A DNA stretch of 40,203 nt from Octopus bimaculoides (GCF_001194135.2 NC_068987.1:104876467-104916669); one strand, 5' to 3'; shown: positions 10,405-20,714, counted from the first letter of the stretch. Made by a program: numbers and translations. Notes: a model not told the origin generated them from the letters alone.

Positions 10405-11477
10405 CACAGCATACGAACCTATCCAAATTTGTTAACGCTATCAAATGAATAGCTTCCTAGGACTCTTGGTGGTGGGTAGACTTCTTTTTTATATGTCTGT
10501 GTATTTATTCATTCATTTATTTATTTACTACTTTTCTTATTTAAACAAGATGCCGAAATATCAGTAAGGTAATGAATGAATGCAGTTGAGTAAAAGATAA
10601 AAAAAAAATGTGTATTGACTAAAACGTCCTCTGACGATGTCTTGCTGAAAGAAATTCATTTCAGTAATGTATATTATGATTATTATGCTAATAATAGCAC
10701 CGACGAATATGACACAAAGAAAACACGCAGTCTGACCCTTGTATTCTTGTAAGCGTGAACCAATTCAAAAAAGAATAAAAAATGAGGAAATGAGAGAGAA
10801 AAATCTCTTATTTGACGACCTTGTGTAAAAAGATGTAACGTTTACAATGGGGAGAATTTTTGTGAACAAATAAAATAACCAAAAGCGTAAAACAAAATGT
10901 AATACAATAAAAAAATTGGGGTCTTGAGAATGAAGAAAAGGGAGTATTTAGTTTTACAATGAGCCTAGATGGTGAGAGAAGTATGTTGACAAGGCTTTTA
11001 CTGGTTCTGTACGGCGACGTCGGCACAAGGAAGCGACCTGCTGAGACATAGCTTGTGAATGTCGGCGGCTGTTGATTTGGTCAGACTGGTAGTGCCTCCC
11101 TCTGTAAATGTCCATGGCGGTCACAAGCTTGGGTTTCTACTAGCTGCTAGTTTTGAGGGCGTGTACAACGCATTGGCATAGAGCCGGCAAGGTGGTGTGT
11201 TGGTTCGTAAATATTGGCTGGTGGATTTCAAGTCAGGTATACCGCCGTTAATAAATATATCACAATATGATAGTACTTTGTATTAATGCAATATGTGTAT
11301 ATATGTATGTATGTATGTATGTATACATGTATGTTTACACGCGTGCGCGCACACATACACATACACACATGTGCGCGTGCAAACACAAACGCACGCTCAT
11401 ACATACATACATACACACGCATATGCACACAGGCATTATATGTGTAGTAGGTGGGCGTTTGTAAATAGCCACAATCA

Positions 11478-11690
11478 CAGACGGGTGGTTAAAAAGTACG
11501 TTTCGTGATCCTGAGGCCTCAGGTTCGATCCCACTCAATCTCTCTTGGACAAATGTTATTCTATGGATCGCAATCGCCCTTGTAATTTACAGACGTCTCT
11601 TTGTCATATACCGTATCACACAGATTCTACCAGAGGATTGCGTTAAGGGTACAACTGTATGCGGAATACTCAACCACTGACAGTATAGTT
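11478..11690 (+). mobile_element. Old tRNA-derived SINE sharing part of the family E tail
   Basis: B-box GGTTCGATCCC at 11522-11532. GTTAAGGGTACAACTGTATGCGGAATACTCAACCACT (11642-11678) resembles GTTAAGGGTACACGTGTCTGTGGAGTGCTCAGCCACT at 14761. Confidence 0.6.
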
Positions 11691-11720
11691 TAATGAATAT
11701 GTAGTTCCACTGAGTGTGAA

Positions 11721-12059
11721 GGCGCATGGCTCAGTGGTTAGAGCGTCGAGCTTACGATCGTGAGGTTGTGAGTTCGAATCCCGGACCGGGCTGCGTGTTG
11801 TGTTCTTGAGCAAGACACTTTATTTCACGTTGCTCCAGTTCACTCAGCTGTAGAAATGAGCTGCGACGTCACTGGTGCCAAGCTGTATCGGCCCCTTTGC
11901 CTTTCCCTTGGATAACATCAGTGGCGTCGAGAGGGGAGGCTGGTATGCATGGGCGACTGCTGGTCTTCCATAAACAACCTTGCCCGGACTTGTGCCTGGG
12001 AGGGTAACTTTCTAGGTGCAATCCCATGGTCAGTCATAACCGAAGGGGGTCTCAGTTCT
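11721..12059 (+). mobile_element. tRNA-derived SINE family B, running into a gap
   Basis: A box TGGCTCAGTGG (11727-37) and B box GTTCGAATCC (11772-81), then GTGTTCTTGAGCAAGACACTTTATTTCACGTTGCTCCAGTTCACTCAGCTG, shared with 16965-17266. Confidence 0.9.
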
Positions 12060-12740
12060 NNNNNNNNNNNNNNNNNNNNNNNNNNNNNNNNNNNNNNNNN
12101 NNNNNNNNNNNNNNNNNNNNNNNNNNNNNNNNNNNNNNNNNNNNNNNNNNNNNNNNNNNNNNNNNNNNNNNNNNNNNNNNNNNNNNNNNNNNNNNNNNNN
12201 NNNNNNNNNNNNNNNNNNNNNNNNNNNNNNNNNNNNNNNNNNNNNNNNNNNNNNNNNNNNNNNNNNNNNNNNNNNNNNNNNNNNNNNNNNNNNNNNNNNN
12301 NNNNNNNNNNNNNNNNNNNNNNNNNNNNNNNNNNNNNNNNNNNNNNNNNNNNNNNNNNNNNNNNNNNNNNNNNNNNNNNNNNNNNNNNNNNNNNNNNNNN
12401 NNNNNNNNNNNNNNNNNNNNNNNNNNNNNNNNNNNNNNNNNNNNNNNNNNNNNNNNNNNNNNNNNNNNNNNNNNNNNNNNNNNNNNNNNNNNNNNNNNNN
12501 NNNNNNNNNNNNNNNNNNNNNNNNNNNNNNNNNNNNNNNNNNNNNNNNNNNNNNNNNNNNNNNNNNNNNNNNNNNNNNNNNNNNNNNNNNNNNNNNNNNN
12601 NNNNNNNNNNNNNNNNNNNNNNNNNNNNNNNNNNNNNNNNNNNNNNNNNNNNNNNNNNNNNNNNNNNNNNNNNNNNNNNNNNNNNNNNNNNNNNNNNNNN
12701 NNNNNNNNNNNNNNNNNNNNNNNNNNNNNNNNNNNNNNNN

Positions 12741-12784
<44 letters not shown>

Positions 12785-12829
12785 AGAGAGAGAGAGAGAG
12801 TTTTTGAAGTGATGTACAGATATTGTATA

Positions 12830-13042
12830 GTCTTTCTGCTCTAGGCACAAGGCCCGAAAGTTTGGGGGAGGGGACCAGTCGATTAGATCGACCCCAGTAC
12901 GCAACTGGTACTTAATTTATCGACCCCGAAAGGATGAAAGGCAAAGTCGACCTCAGCGGAATTTGAACACACAACGTAGACAGACGAAATACTACCAAGC
13001 ATTTCGCCCGGCGTGCTAACGTCTCTGCCAGCTCGCCGCCTT
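12830..13042 (-). mobile_element. SINE family A, young near-consensus copy with 14-15 bp TSD
   Basis: Full head to tail. TACAGATATTGTATA (12815-12829) vs TACAGATACTGTATA (13042-13056). Confidence 0.95.
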
Positions 13043-13056
13043 ACAGATACTGTATA

Positions 13057-13169
13057 TTGAGAATAACAAGGTAGGCAGAACGTTGGATGATTATATATAT
13101 TTTTTAAAGCGCTGAAAATGTAAATAAAAATATATATCATTATCTAACATTCTGCCTACCTTGTTATTC

Positions 13170-13173
<4 letters not shown>
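13057..13173. mobile_element. Hairpin MITE, about 117 bp, probable TA TSD (Tc1/mariner-like)
   Basis: ATTGAGAATAACAAGGTAGGCAGAA (13056-13080) is perfectly inverted at 13150-13174, and pairing continues about 24 bp inward with 4 mismatches. Confidence 0.75.
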
Positions 13174-13174
<1 letters not shown>

Positions 13175-13222
<48 letters not shown>

Positions 13223-13443
13223 GTGTGTGTTTGACCCCTCCTCCGCTATCACTTGGCAACTGATGCTAGTTTATGTCCCCGTAACTTAGCGGTTCGGCAA
13301 AAGATACCGATAGAATGAGTATTAGGCTTACAATGAATAAATCCTGGTGTCGATTTCTTCGACTCAAACCTTTTAAGACGGTGCTCCAGCAAGGCCGCAG
13401 TCAAATGACTGAAACAAGAAAAGGAACATAAGAATAAAAGAAT
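13175..13443 (+). mobile_element. SINE family C, (GT)n plus 3' half
   Basis: GTCCCCGTAACTTAGCGGTTCGGCAAAAGATACCGATAGAAT..GGTGCTCCAGCAAGGCCGCAGTCAAATGACTGAAACAAG. Confidence 0.9.
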
Positions 13444-13616
13444 GACTCCAGTTAATTTTTCAAGATTTTCCCTCTTTCAGATTTTACTTTCATTGAAACG
13501 TCGATGGTTGTTGAAACTTTGTTTTAAATATACATCGTTGCACGTTATTTAAACGTATGTCAAGCACGAGTCATTTCTGGGGATTAATTAGCCCCATGTC
13601 AACCATTACCGAGTAG

Positions 13617-14355
13617 GGATCTTTTTTAAAACGGGGGCCACATTTTTCATTAATGTTTTACGTAGTGTTTTTGGTACCGAAAGACTTTCAAACTTCGTAT
13701 ACTTATCTATTTTGTGTTATAGAACAGAAAAATATTTTTGTATTCGAATTTATTTCATGTAAAAAATTGTCTTATTTCGATAATTTCAACCAATCACTGA
13801 CGTCCATTCAGCCGATATACATTAAGTGCCGACTACATAAACAAACGATTCTTCGTTTTATTTGCTTTTTTCATTTTAAATTTGCTTTAACCCTAACCCT
13901 AACCCTAACTCTAACCCTAACCCTAACTCTAANNNNNNNNNNNNNNNNNNNNNNNNNNNNNNNNNNNNNNNNNNNNNNNNNNNNNNNNNNNNNNNNNNNN
14001 NNNNNNNNNNNNNNNNNNNNNNNNNNNNNNNNNNNNNNNNNNNNNNNNNNNNNNNNNNNNNNNNNNNNNNNNNNNNNNNNNNNNNNNNNNNNNNNNNNNN
14101 NNNNNNNNNNNNNNNNNNNNNNNNNNNNNNNNNNNNNNNNNNNNNNNNNNNNNNNNNNNNNNNNNNNNNNNNNNNNNNNNNNNNNNNNNNNNNNNNNNNN
14201 NNNNNNNNNNNNNTAACATGGAATAATTTATGGATTTCTTTTTTTTTTAAGAAGACTAAGAGAAAAAGATGTTTTATATGACACATTCTACCAGTGTTCC
14301 AAGTTTCAAAGTGTTTCGTTAATGAAAAATGTGGCCCCCGTTTTAAAAAAGATCC
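13617..14355. mobile_element. Non-autonomous DNA transposon with 37-bp perfect TIRs and 8-bp TSD (Merlin-like), containing (CCCTAA)n
   Basis: TIR GGATCTTTTTTAAAACGGGGGCCACATTTTTCATTAA at 13617-13653 and its reverse complement at 14319-14355. CCGAGTAG at 13609-13616 and 14356-14363. GG termini plus 8-bp TSD fit Merlin; the superfamily call is inference. Confidence 0.88.
13888..13932. repeat. Interstitial telomere-type repeat (CCCTAA)n with CTCTAA variants, continuing into gap 13933-14213
   Basis: TAACCCTAACCCTAACCCTAACTCTAACCCTAACCCTAACTCTAA; sequence resumes with TAAC after the gap. Confidence 0.9.
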
Positions 14356-14389
14356 CCGAGTAGACATGTAGTCAAAGACATTTCAAATA

Positions 14390-15259
14390 CAGTAATCCCT
14401 CGACTATCGCTGGTGTTACGTTCCAAAAACCCCACGATATGTGAAAATCCACGAAGTAGAAACAGTAATGCACTGTATATATTTTTCAAAATTATTTTTA
14501 TAAATTTTATATATTCATTTTGTGAAGGCGCAATGGCCCAGTGGTTAGGGCAGCGGACTCGCGGTCATAGGATGACGGTTTCGATTCCCAGACCGAACGT
14601 TGTGAGTGTTTATTGAGCGAAAAAACCCTAAAGCTCCACGAGGCTCCAGCAGGGGAACCCTGCTGTACTCTTTCACCACAACTTTCTCTTACTTCCTGTT
14701 TCTGTTGTGCCTGTAATTCAAAGGATCAGCCTTGTCACGCTGAATATCCCCGAAAACTATGTTAAGGGTACACGTGTCTGTGGAGTGCTCAGCCACTTGC
14801 ACGTTAATTTCACGAGCAGACTATTCCGTTGATCGGATCAACTGGAACCCTCGTCGTTGTAAGCCCCAGAGTGCCGTTATATAGTCATTTTATAAATGCA
14901 AAACATCACACACTCGCCTCCCGAGTTTCGTTTTCCATACAGTATATGCGATTCTTTGTTTACTCATTTGCAGTACACTACCTATTTTCTTTTAATATAT
15001 TTTGATTAATGTGTTATGCAGTGCAGTACTGTACTCTCTTTTAATTTAGTAATTTATGAAATTTTTATTAAAATTTTTATTAATTCATAAAATTTTACCA
15101 CAGAAATAATTAAGATCTAAAAACAAATCAATACCTATCGGTTGCAGAAACCCGGATATACTGAGGAGACCGTGATATAAATGTACATATATCAGCCAGA
15201 AAAATCCGCGATGTACTGAGAGCGCGATAGGTAAACCGCATTATGTCAAATGATTACTG
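14390..15259. mobile_element. pogo/Tigger-like non-autonomous DNA transposon, TA TSD, interrupted by a SINE
   Basis: TA|CAGTAATCCCTCGACTATCGC at the left end and GATTACTG|TA at the right end. Both the left end and 15100-15190 recur inverted at 21045-21184. Confidence 0.75.
14525..14878 (+). mobile_element. tRNA-derived SINE family E, full length
   Basis: GGCGCAATGGCCCAGTGGTTAGG head, GGTTTCGATTCCC B box. The tail GTGGAGTGCTCAGCCACTTGCACGTTAATTTCACGAGCAG..GATCGGATCAACTGGAACCCTCGTCG is shared with 16965-17090. Confidence 0.9.
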
Positions 15260-15692
15260 TATAATCATCCCCTTTTATACTGAATATCTAATGTATCTTT
15301 CATGTTTTTTGGGTTTTTTTTAATCAGTAATGAGATCTAAAGAAAATTGGTCGCTTTTTCTAGCATGTCGAGCGAGTGCGAAGTAGAACCTTTGTTAGTC
15401 ATAGCTAGCAGTGAAAGGTGTGAAACGCTGTTTGGTTGATAGTTATTAAATGCCATGCGAGAGGTTATGGCTGTAGTTAGGTCTCGATTGTTTCTCTCTT
15501 CCGTTACCTATCGGACAGAAATAGAATTTATTTTCAAAACGATTTTGGATAGTTGAACCGTGATACGTGGTGCTGACCGGAAATGGGACCAACACTCGCT
15601 CAACGTATCGATTTCATCCTTCCTACAAAACGAAACTTCACCTATGTAAATTATGTGCAACGGTAAATCAGGAGCACACACAAGGACGGAAA

Positions 15693-15738
15693 GTGTCGCT
15701 GAAGAGGTCACAGATGTGTGACGAAAGATTTCTGGACA
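15693..15738 (+). ncRNA. Minimal type I hammerhead ribozyme candidate
   Basis: CTGAAGA (15699-705), one extra G, perfect 6-bp helix II GTCACA/TGTGAC with GATG loop, GAAA (15723-26), self-complementary AGATTT as helix III, UUC site at 15730-32, helix I TGTCG/TGGACA with one bulge. Confidence 0.6.
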
Positions 15739-16184
15739 ATGGACATGAGTTAAACTATGAACTGTAACAAACGAGTGAACAACGAATATATAGCCCATGT
15801 GTTTATTTGGCAAAAAAAAATGACCATCCCGAAATACAATAACACGCGCGTCCGCGCGACGTATAGATTTAATTTTGCCAGTTTGAGCCAATTCTAGCAA
15901 CTAAAATAGTTTCCTTGAGTAGAAGTCATGCAGTTTTTCAGATTGCTTTGCTTGAATAAATCTCACAAAATATGTTAACGAATGGCAGCAAAAGCTTCAT
16001 TTTTACCTCGCTTTTTTCCCCATCCATTCATGAGAAATTACTCTCAGACAATTAAATTTCGAAACGAGGCAACCCAATCCTCAATAGGAAAACCGAAAAT
16101 TGACATAAAATGTGGATTCGAAGGTTGACTTCAAAGTCAATACAGAGAGGGAAGTTGACAAAGAGGAAGTCTGTATGCAGCCCA

Positions 16185-16612
16185 GGTGTTCACTCACTCA
16201 CTCATGCTCTTACTTCATGGGGTTGGAATCATACTAGGTTAATGGTCCTAGAGGCATCACTGTGCGTAGAACCGACCGGGTCCACCGGTGCCCTCCATCG
16301 CTGGCTGTCCCGTACCAGCCCCTTCGCATTCCGATGTTGGGCATTCCAGTTGCTTCTGGTCAGTGTCGTAACAAGTTGAGGATTCTTCTGGGCTGGTTGT
16401 TGGCTCTCCGCAGGATAGTCGGATGATGAGGCTGCCATCTTGGCGACGAGCCGAAGATTACCGTTAGTCTGGAACCTCTCTGGGAAACGGGCCCGACTAG
16501 GATGACCCTACCAGGAGCAAAGCTCCAGATGGTAGCGCTCTCTCCGATCTACGGAACACACAAGACACACAAGTCCCCTCGCCACAAGGCCAGACCCAGG
16601 AGGTGTTACTGC
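16185..16612 (-). mobile_element. Non-autonomous RTE derivative: RTE-type 5' UTR joined to an RTE-type 3' end with (TGAG)n tail
   Basis: Minus strand begins CCTTGTGGCGAGGGGACTTGTGTG..ATCTGGAGCTTTGCTCCTGGTAGGGTCATCC..GAGAGGTTCCAGAC, resembling Expander/Rex3/Bov-B 5' UTRs as I recall them. It ends CGATGGAGGGCACCGGTGGACC..ATGAGTGAGTGAGTG. Confidence 0.6.
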
Positions 16613-16964
16613 AAATCTATATACTTTCGTGATCCATGGATTCATTTGCAGTTTATAAAATTAGAATCGACACAACACACACCAGGTCCAAGATGGTACG
16701 AAATTATGTTGACTGAAGACAGAATTCATGCAGGTATATTACTGGTGTAGAACCATTCGTTATGCTAGTCTTGCTACAAGCTTTTCCGTGTGTCGCATAC
16801 TGTTTATAGTTTGCTCATAGGATAGAACACGGTTTCCGTCAGTCAGAAGTACAAAACACAAAATACAACAACAAAATAATAAATAAGATGTGTATGCAGT
16901 GTGTGCTTTACAAGCTCATCTCTAATCTATGTGCGCAGTAGCACAGGCCTGCTCTGCAACTAGC

Positions 16965-17266
16965 TGGTACTCCGTCGATTACGACGACGAGGGTTCCAGT
17001 TGATCCGATCAACGGACTAGCCTGCTCTTGAAATTAATGTGCAAGTGGCTGAGCACTCCACTGACACGCGTGCTCCTTAACGTTGTTCTTCAGCGTGACA
17101 CAGAATGTGACAAGGCTGGCCCTTTTGAATTACAGGTACTACTCATTTTTGCCAACTGAGTGAACTGGAGCAACGTGAAATAAAGTGTCTTGCTCAAAGA
17201 CTCAACTCACCACCGGAAATCGACGTTACGATCGTGAACCGATTACTCCTTACCAAGCGCCTTCAC
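16965..17266 (-). mobile_element. SINE with family B head/body and family E tail
   Basis: Reverse complement: GTGAAGGCGC..CACGATCGT..TTGAGCAAGACACTTTATTTCACGTTGCTCCAGTTCACTCAG (as 11721), followed by GTGGAGTGCTCAGCCACTTGCAC..GATCGGATCAACTGGAACCCTCGTCGTCG (as 14780-14860). Confidence 0.9.
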
Positions 17267-17540
17267 GATTTGTAAACTAGATCTGATATCATAAATGGTA
17301 AATGTATGTGTGACCAATGGACTGTTGTTTCTCAGCATGCCAATCTCGTTATCGTATGCATATCTACGAAGGCAATGGTCTATGATAGATTTCTTAGTTG
17401 AATTCAAGAGCATATAGTTATAATTTTATGGTTTTATTCATTTAATTTTTTTTTTTTTTTTGCCTAAATTTCATAAACTCCATAAATGTTTAAAACTTTA
17501 CAACTGATCTATGCCATAGATTAACGTTGGAAGCCGGGAA

Positions 17541-17590
17541 TGTTTTCTCTGAAGATCGGTCAGCAAACTATGAAACGGTCAGTCAGGAGA
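17541..17590 (+). ncRNA. Degenerate hammerhead-like motif
   Basis: CTGAAGA (17549-55)..GAAACGGTC (17572-80) with a GUC site; helix II decayed (GGTCAG CAAA CT..). Confidence 0.35.
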
Positions 17591-18118
17591 TTCCTTCATT
17601 ATTTTTTTTTCTGCACATCAACAGCATAGAATGAATGTGTTTACGTTCTTATTTCATCTATGGTGAGAGAGTAAAATTTTTCATTTTTTTTTTCTGATTT
17701 ACGCTATGTTGGGCATAAATTATCTACTGTTTTTTGGGGGTTTTTTGCCTATCTTTTTTTAAGTACTTTTAAAAATACAGAGAACACAATGGATGCCAGT
17801 ATTGTCATTTGCGGTATCTATACAGATTTTCTCCAATTTCATAATGCATACAATCCTCCTGAAAAGGCGTATGAACATTGAACTTCTGAATCTGAATCAT
17901 TGAATTGCATAATAATTCGGGGTTCCGTTCCAATGTTAATTATTAATTTTTTTTTTTTTTTCTGGAAAATTGTGGCACTCCAACAAGAAGGAGAAATTTG
18001 CTCGTGTGAATTTTTGTATTCTCTGCAGCATCATCGAGATGACTTACAACAAAAATACATAGAGGAGGGAAAATAAGAGCAATGGAATTTAAAAAGTGTA
18101 TCGATTGATATAATTTAT

Positions 18119-18327
18119 CTTTTACCTTTTGCTTGTTTCAGTCATTATACTGCGACCATGCTGGGGCACCGCCTTTAAGGGTTTCGTATTACATTATTTA
18201 AGTTTGGTATTTATTCTATTGGTTCCTGCTGCCGAACTGCTAAGGTACAGGAACGTAAACAATCCAAGATTGGTTGTCAAGCGGTAGTGGAGGCAAATGC
18301 AAAGACACGCGCACGCACACGTACACA

Positions 18328-18410
<83 letters not shown>

Positions 18411-18604
18411 AAATACACACACACATATAGACTGGCACGCTGACGTACTTCCACGCAATTTCCATCTACCAAATCCACTCGCGAGTTTTAAGTCAGCCCG
18501 AGGTTATAGTAGAAGACACTTGTTCACGCTCCGTGCGCTGAGAATGAACCAGAAACCATATGAGTGCGGAGCGAGTTTCTTAACCACACAGCTATTCCTG
18601 CGCC
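18119..18604 (-). mobile_element. SINE family C, full length with internal (CA)n of about 125 bp
   Basis: Head (reverse) GGCGCAGGAATAGCTGTGTGGTTAAG at 18604; microsatellite at about 18305-18425; 3' half ending in reverse GAAACAAG at 18130. Confidence 0.92.
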
Positions 18605-18999
18605 AAAAATATTTAATGAAACCCTCTTTAATTTCTCAGACTTTGACACCTCCACCTATGTTTTTAAATCATTAAAAAACGAATCATTTCATGTTCCCGC
18701 GAAGTTTCTAAATTCTAATGGCGTAAACAACATACAATCCGTGCTGAGAAAACCAAAGTTTCCAAGAATGAATACAAAAATTCGAAGGAATGCTTTGATC
18801 CATTAATAGAACGTCTGTCAAGTTTTCAGAAGATGTGGGTTCGAGCACTGTCGGATCTTTTTTTACCCAAAGGGTTTTTTTTTTATCAATAGCTACAGGC
18901 TAATACTTAGAGCTTTATCTACTTCGAGTTCAACCGGTAAAAACGAAGTTTTTCACGTTATTTAGAATTTTCTAAATTCTGACGTAAATTATATAACTT

Positions 19000-19725
19000 T
19001 GATAGGTTTCGGCCTGTATAGGCCCAGGGCATGTCTAATTTAATAGCACCATAGCCATATATGGAGTACCATGGCCCTCTCTAGCAAAGAGTTATGATTG
19101 TTGGAAACATATCCGAATGTAGGAGGTTGGTCCGGAACTTTTTGAAGAAATTTGTCCAGTGGACTTTTGAATTTTATGGGATCCGTTTCCGTTTTGATGT
19201 ACTTTGGTATTATACTAAAGAGAGCTGGACCGGTTGAGGTTAAGTAATTGTGACGTAATGTTGCTATGTATCCTGAGTTCATTTTTTGTAGTGGGCGGAC
19301 AGCACGGGGGCCAAGTCTTGGATGGATTTTAAAATTGATGCCAACATCATTTGTGAAATATTGATGGAATATTTTCCACATCACGCAAATGAGGTAGCGC
19401 TCCCGGCTGCGTTGGAGAGAGTAGAGATTGAGATTTTTTAGTTGACTACAATAGTCAATGCCTCTCATGCCGTCTATCTTTCTTGTGATTGACCTCTGGA
19501 GTGCTTCCACTTTCATAATGAGTTGTTTCGTATCGGGGGACCACAGTGGGAAATAGTATTCAAGGTGGAGTCGGGCAAAAGTAGAATAAAGAAGGATGAT
19601 GGTGTTGGCATCTTTAGACCGGAAAGTTCTCAGAATCCAGGAGCACATCTTGCGGACCAAGTCAACCTTGCTGTTTACGTGGAAACTGCAGCTTAGATTG
19701 TTATCAACAATTACTCCAAGTGTGT
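19000..19725 (-). mobile_element. CR1-clade LINE 3' end (RT C-terminus/thumb + 3' UTR)
   Basis: LGVIVDNNLS..ILRTFRSKD..LYSTFARLHLEYYFPLWSP..KVEALQRSITRKI..Y..LKNLNLYSLQRSRER matches the CR1 LGV..D..L / LY..VRPHLEY..VWSP / LE.VQR.ATK..L.LYSL..RR pattern. GGCC-N7-GGCC hairpin in the UTR at about 19008-19024. Confidence 0.92.
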
Positions 19726-20714
19726 GATACACTTATAATACATGTAATGCATCTCGATATAGTTATTAGGTGTAAGACATCGTCTACTAAACACTTCGAA
19801 TCAGGAAGGGATCCTCATATTAACTACAGTCGATCAGCATATTATTGTATTTCAACCTCCCTCAGTTCAAAAGGATCGAGAGCTACATTCTTTCAGAAAT
19901 GTCTTTGCATTAATGAAGACAAACAGGGTCGTCTGTACTTGACTTCATTAAAACGCTATTCATAGAACAAATAATATTATATCCAATCATTGGCAACAAT
20001 ACGCATAGGCAAGAAAAATTACGGAACTCATCCAAAATATAAAGGAAACGCCGATGATTTTCACTGGTCATAACAGAATGCAGGATATAAAGTTCAAAAG
20101 GAACTGTAGCTAGGCACCTTACAAGGGTATTCAAACTCTATCCGACATGTAATCCTATAATGTTCACTGGAAAACATTAAAAACAAATTCAAACAAAATA
20201 GGCTCGAAAGTCTTACTATAAACGACAATGACAAGAAATTAAAGCGATTTTTTAAAATTTATAACGCAAGTTATAAGTTATTTATAATGCTTCTCTTAGA
20301 AAAATGTAATTCCCGTGAGAAAAAAATCTGAGGAGACAAAGATCAATGATCTCAAATCATTTTGATGAAAAATTCAAAGAGGGCAAAACTTTTCATTTAT
20401 AAAAAAGGATAATTTCAGAAATAAAATATTCTCATAAAGATGGGAGAGCAGAAAGGACTTGGACAACATAAATCGAACACTAAATTCTTATATTCGCATC
20501 AGATCCAGCTTCAGTGCATTACAAAAAAGTCATTGTTCCGAGGAGATATTTCCTTTGTTGGGGGTAAGTAAAAAAACTGACTGAACGATTCAAACGTGTT
20601 TTCACCACCCCAATGGAATGCACATAAATAAATACGTCGGTTAAGTTCGTCAATATTGTAATATTCCTTACATAGGAAAGTGGCAATCATCGATTATATC
20701 GATATAAAGGGAGA

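Noticed and set aside
10625-10660. CTGACGA..GAAA as a hammerhead core
   Set aside because: No helix II pairing and no NUH site in register.
11721-11795. Apparent tRNA gene with A and B boxes (also 14525-14595)
   Set aside because: No convincing acceptor stem or poly-T terminator, and each continues into a SINE body shared with other copies. These are SINE heads.
13888-14213. True telomere or chromosome-fusion site
   Set aside because: The array is enclosed by perfect TIRs and an 8-bp TSD, so it is transposon cargo.
16480-16612. HDV-like ribozyme in the RTE-type 5' UTR
   Set aside because: Some RTE 5' ends carry one, but I could not trace the nested double pseudoknot by eye.
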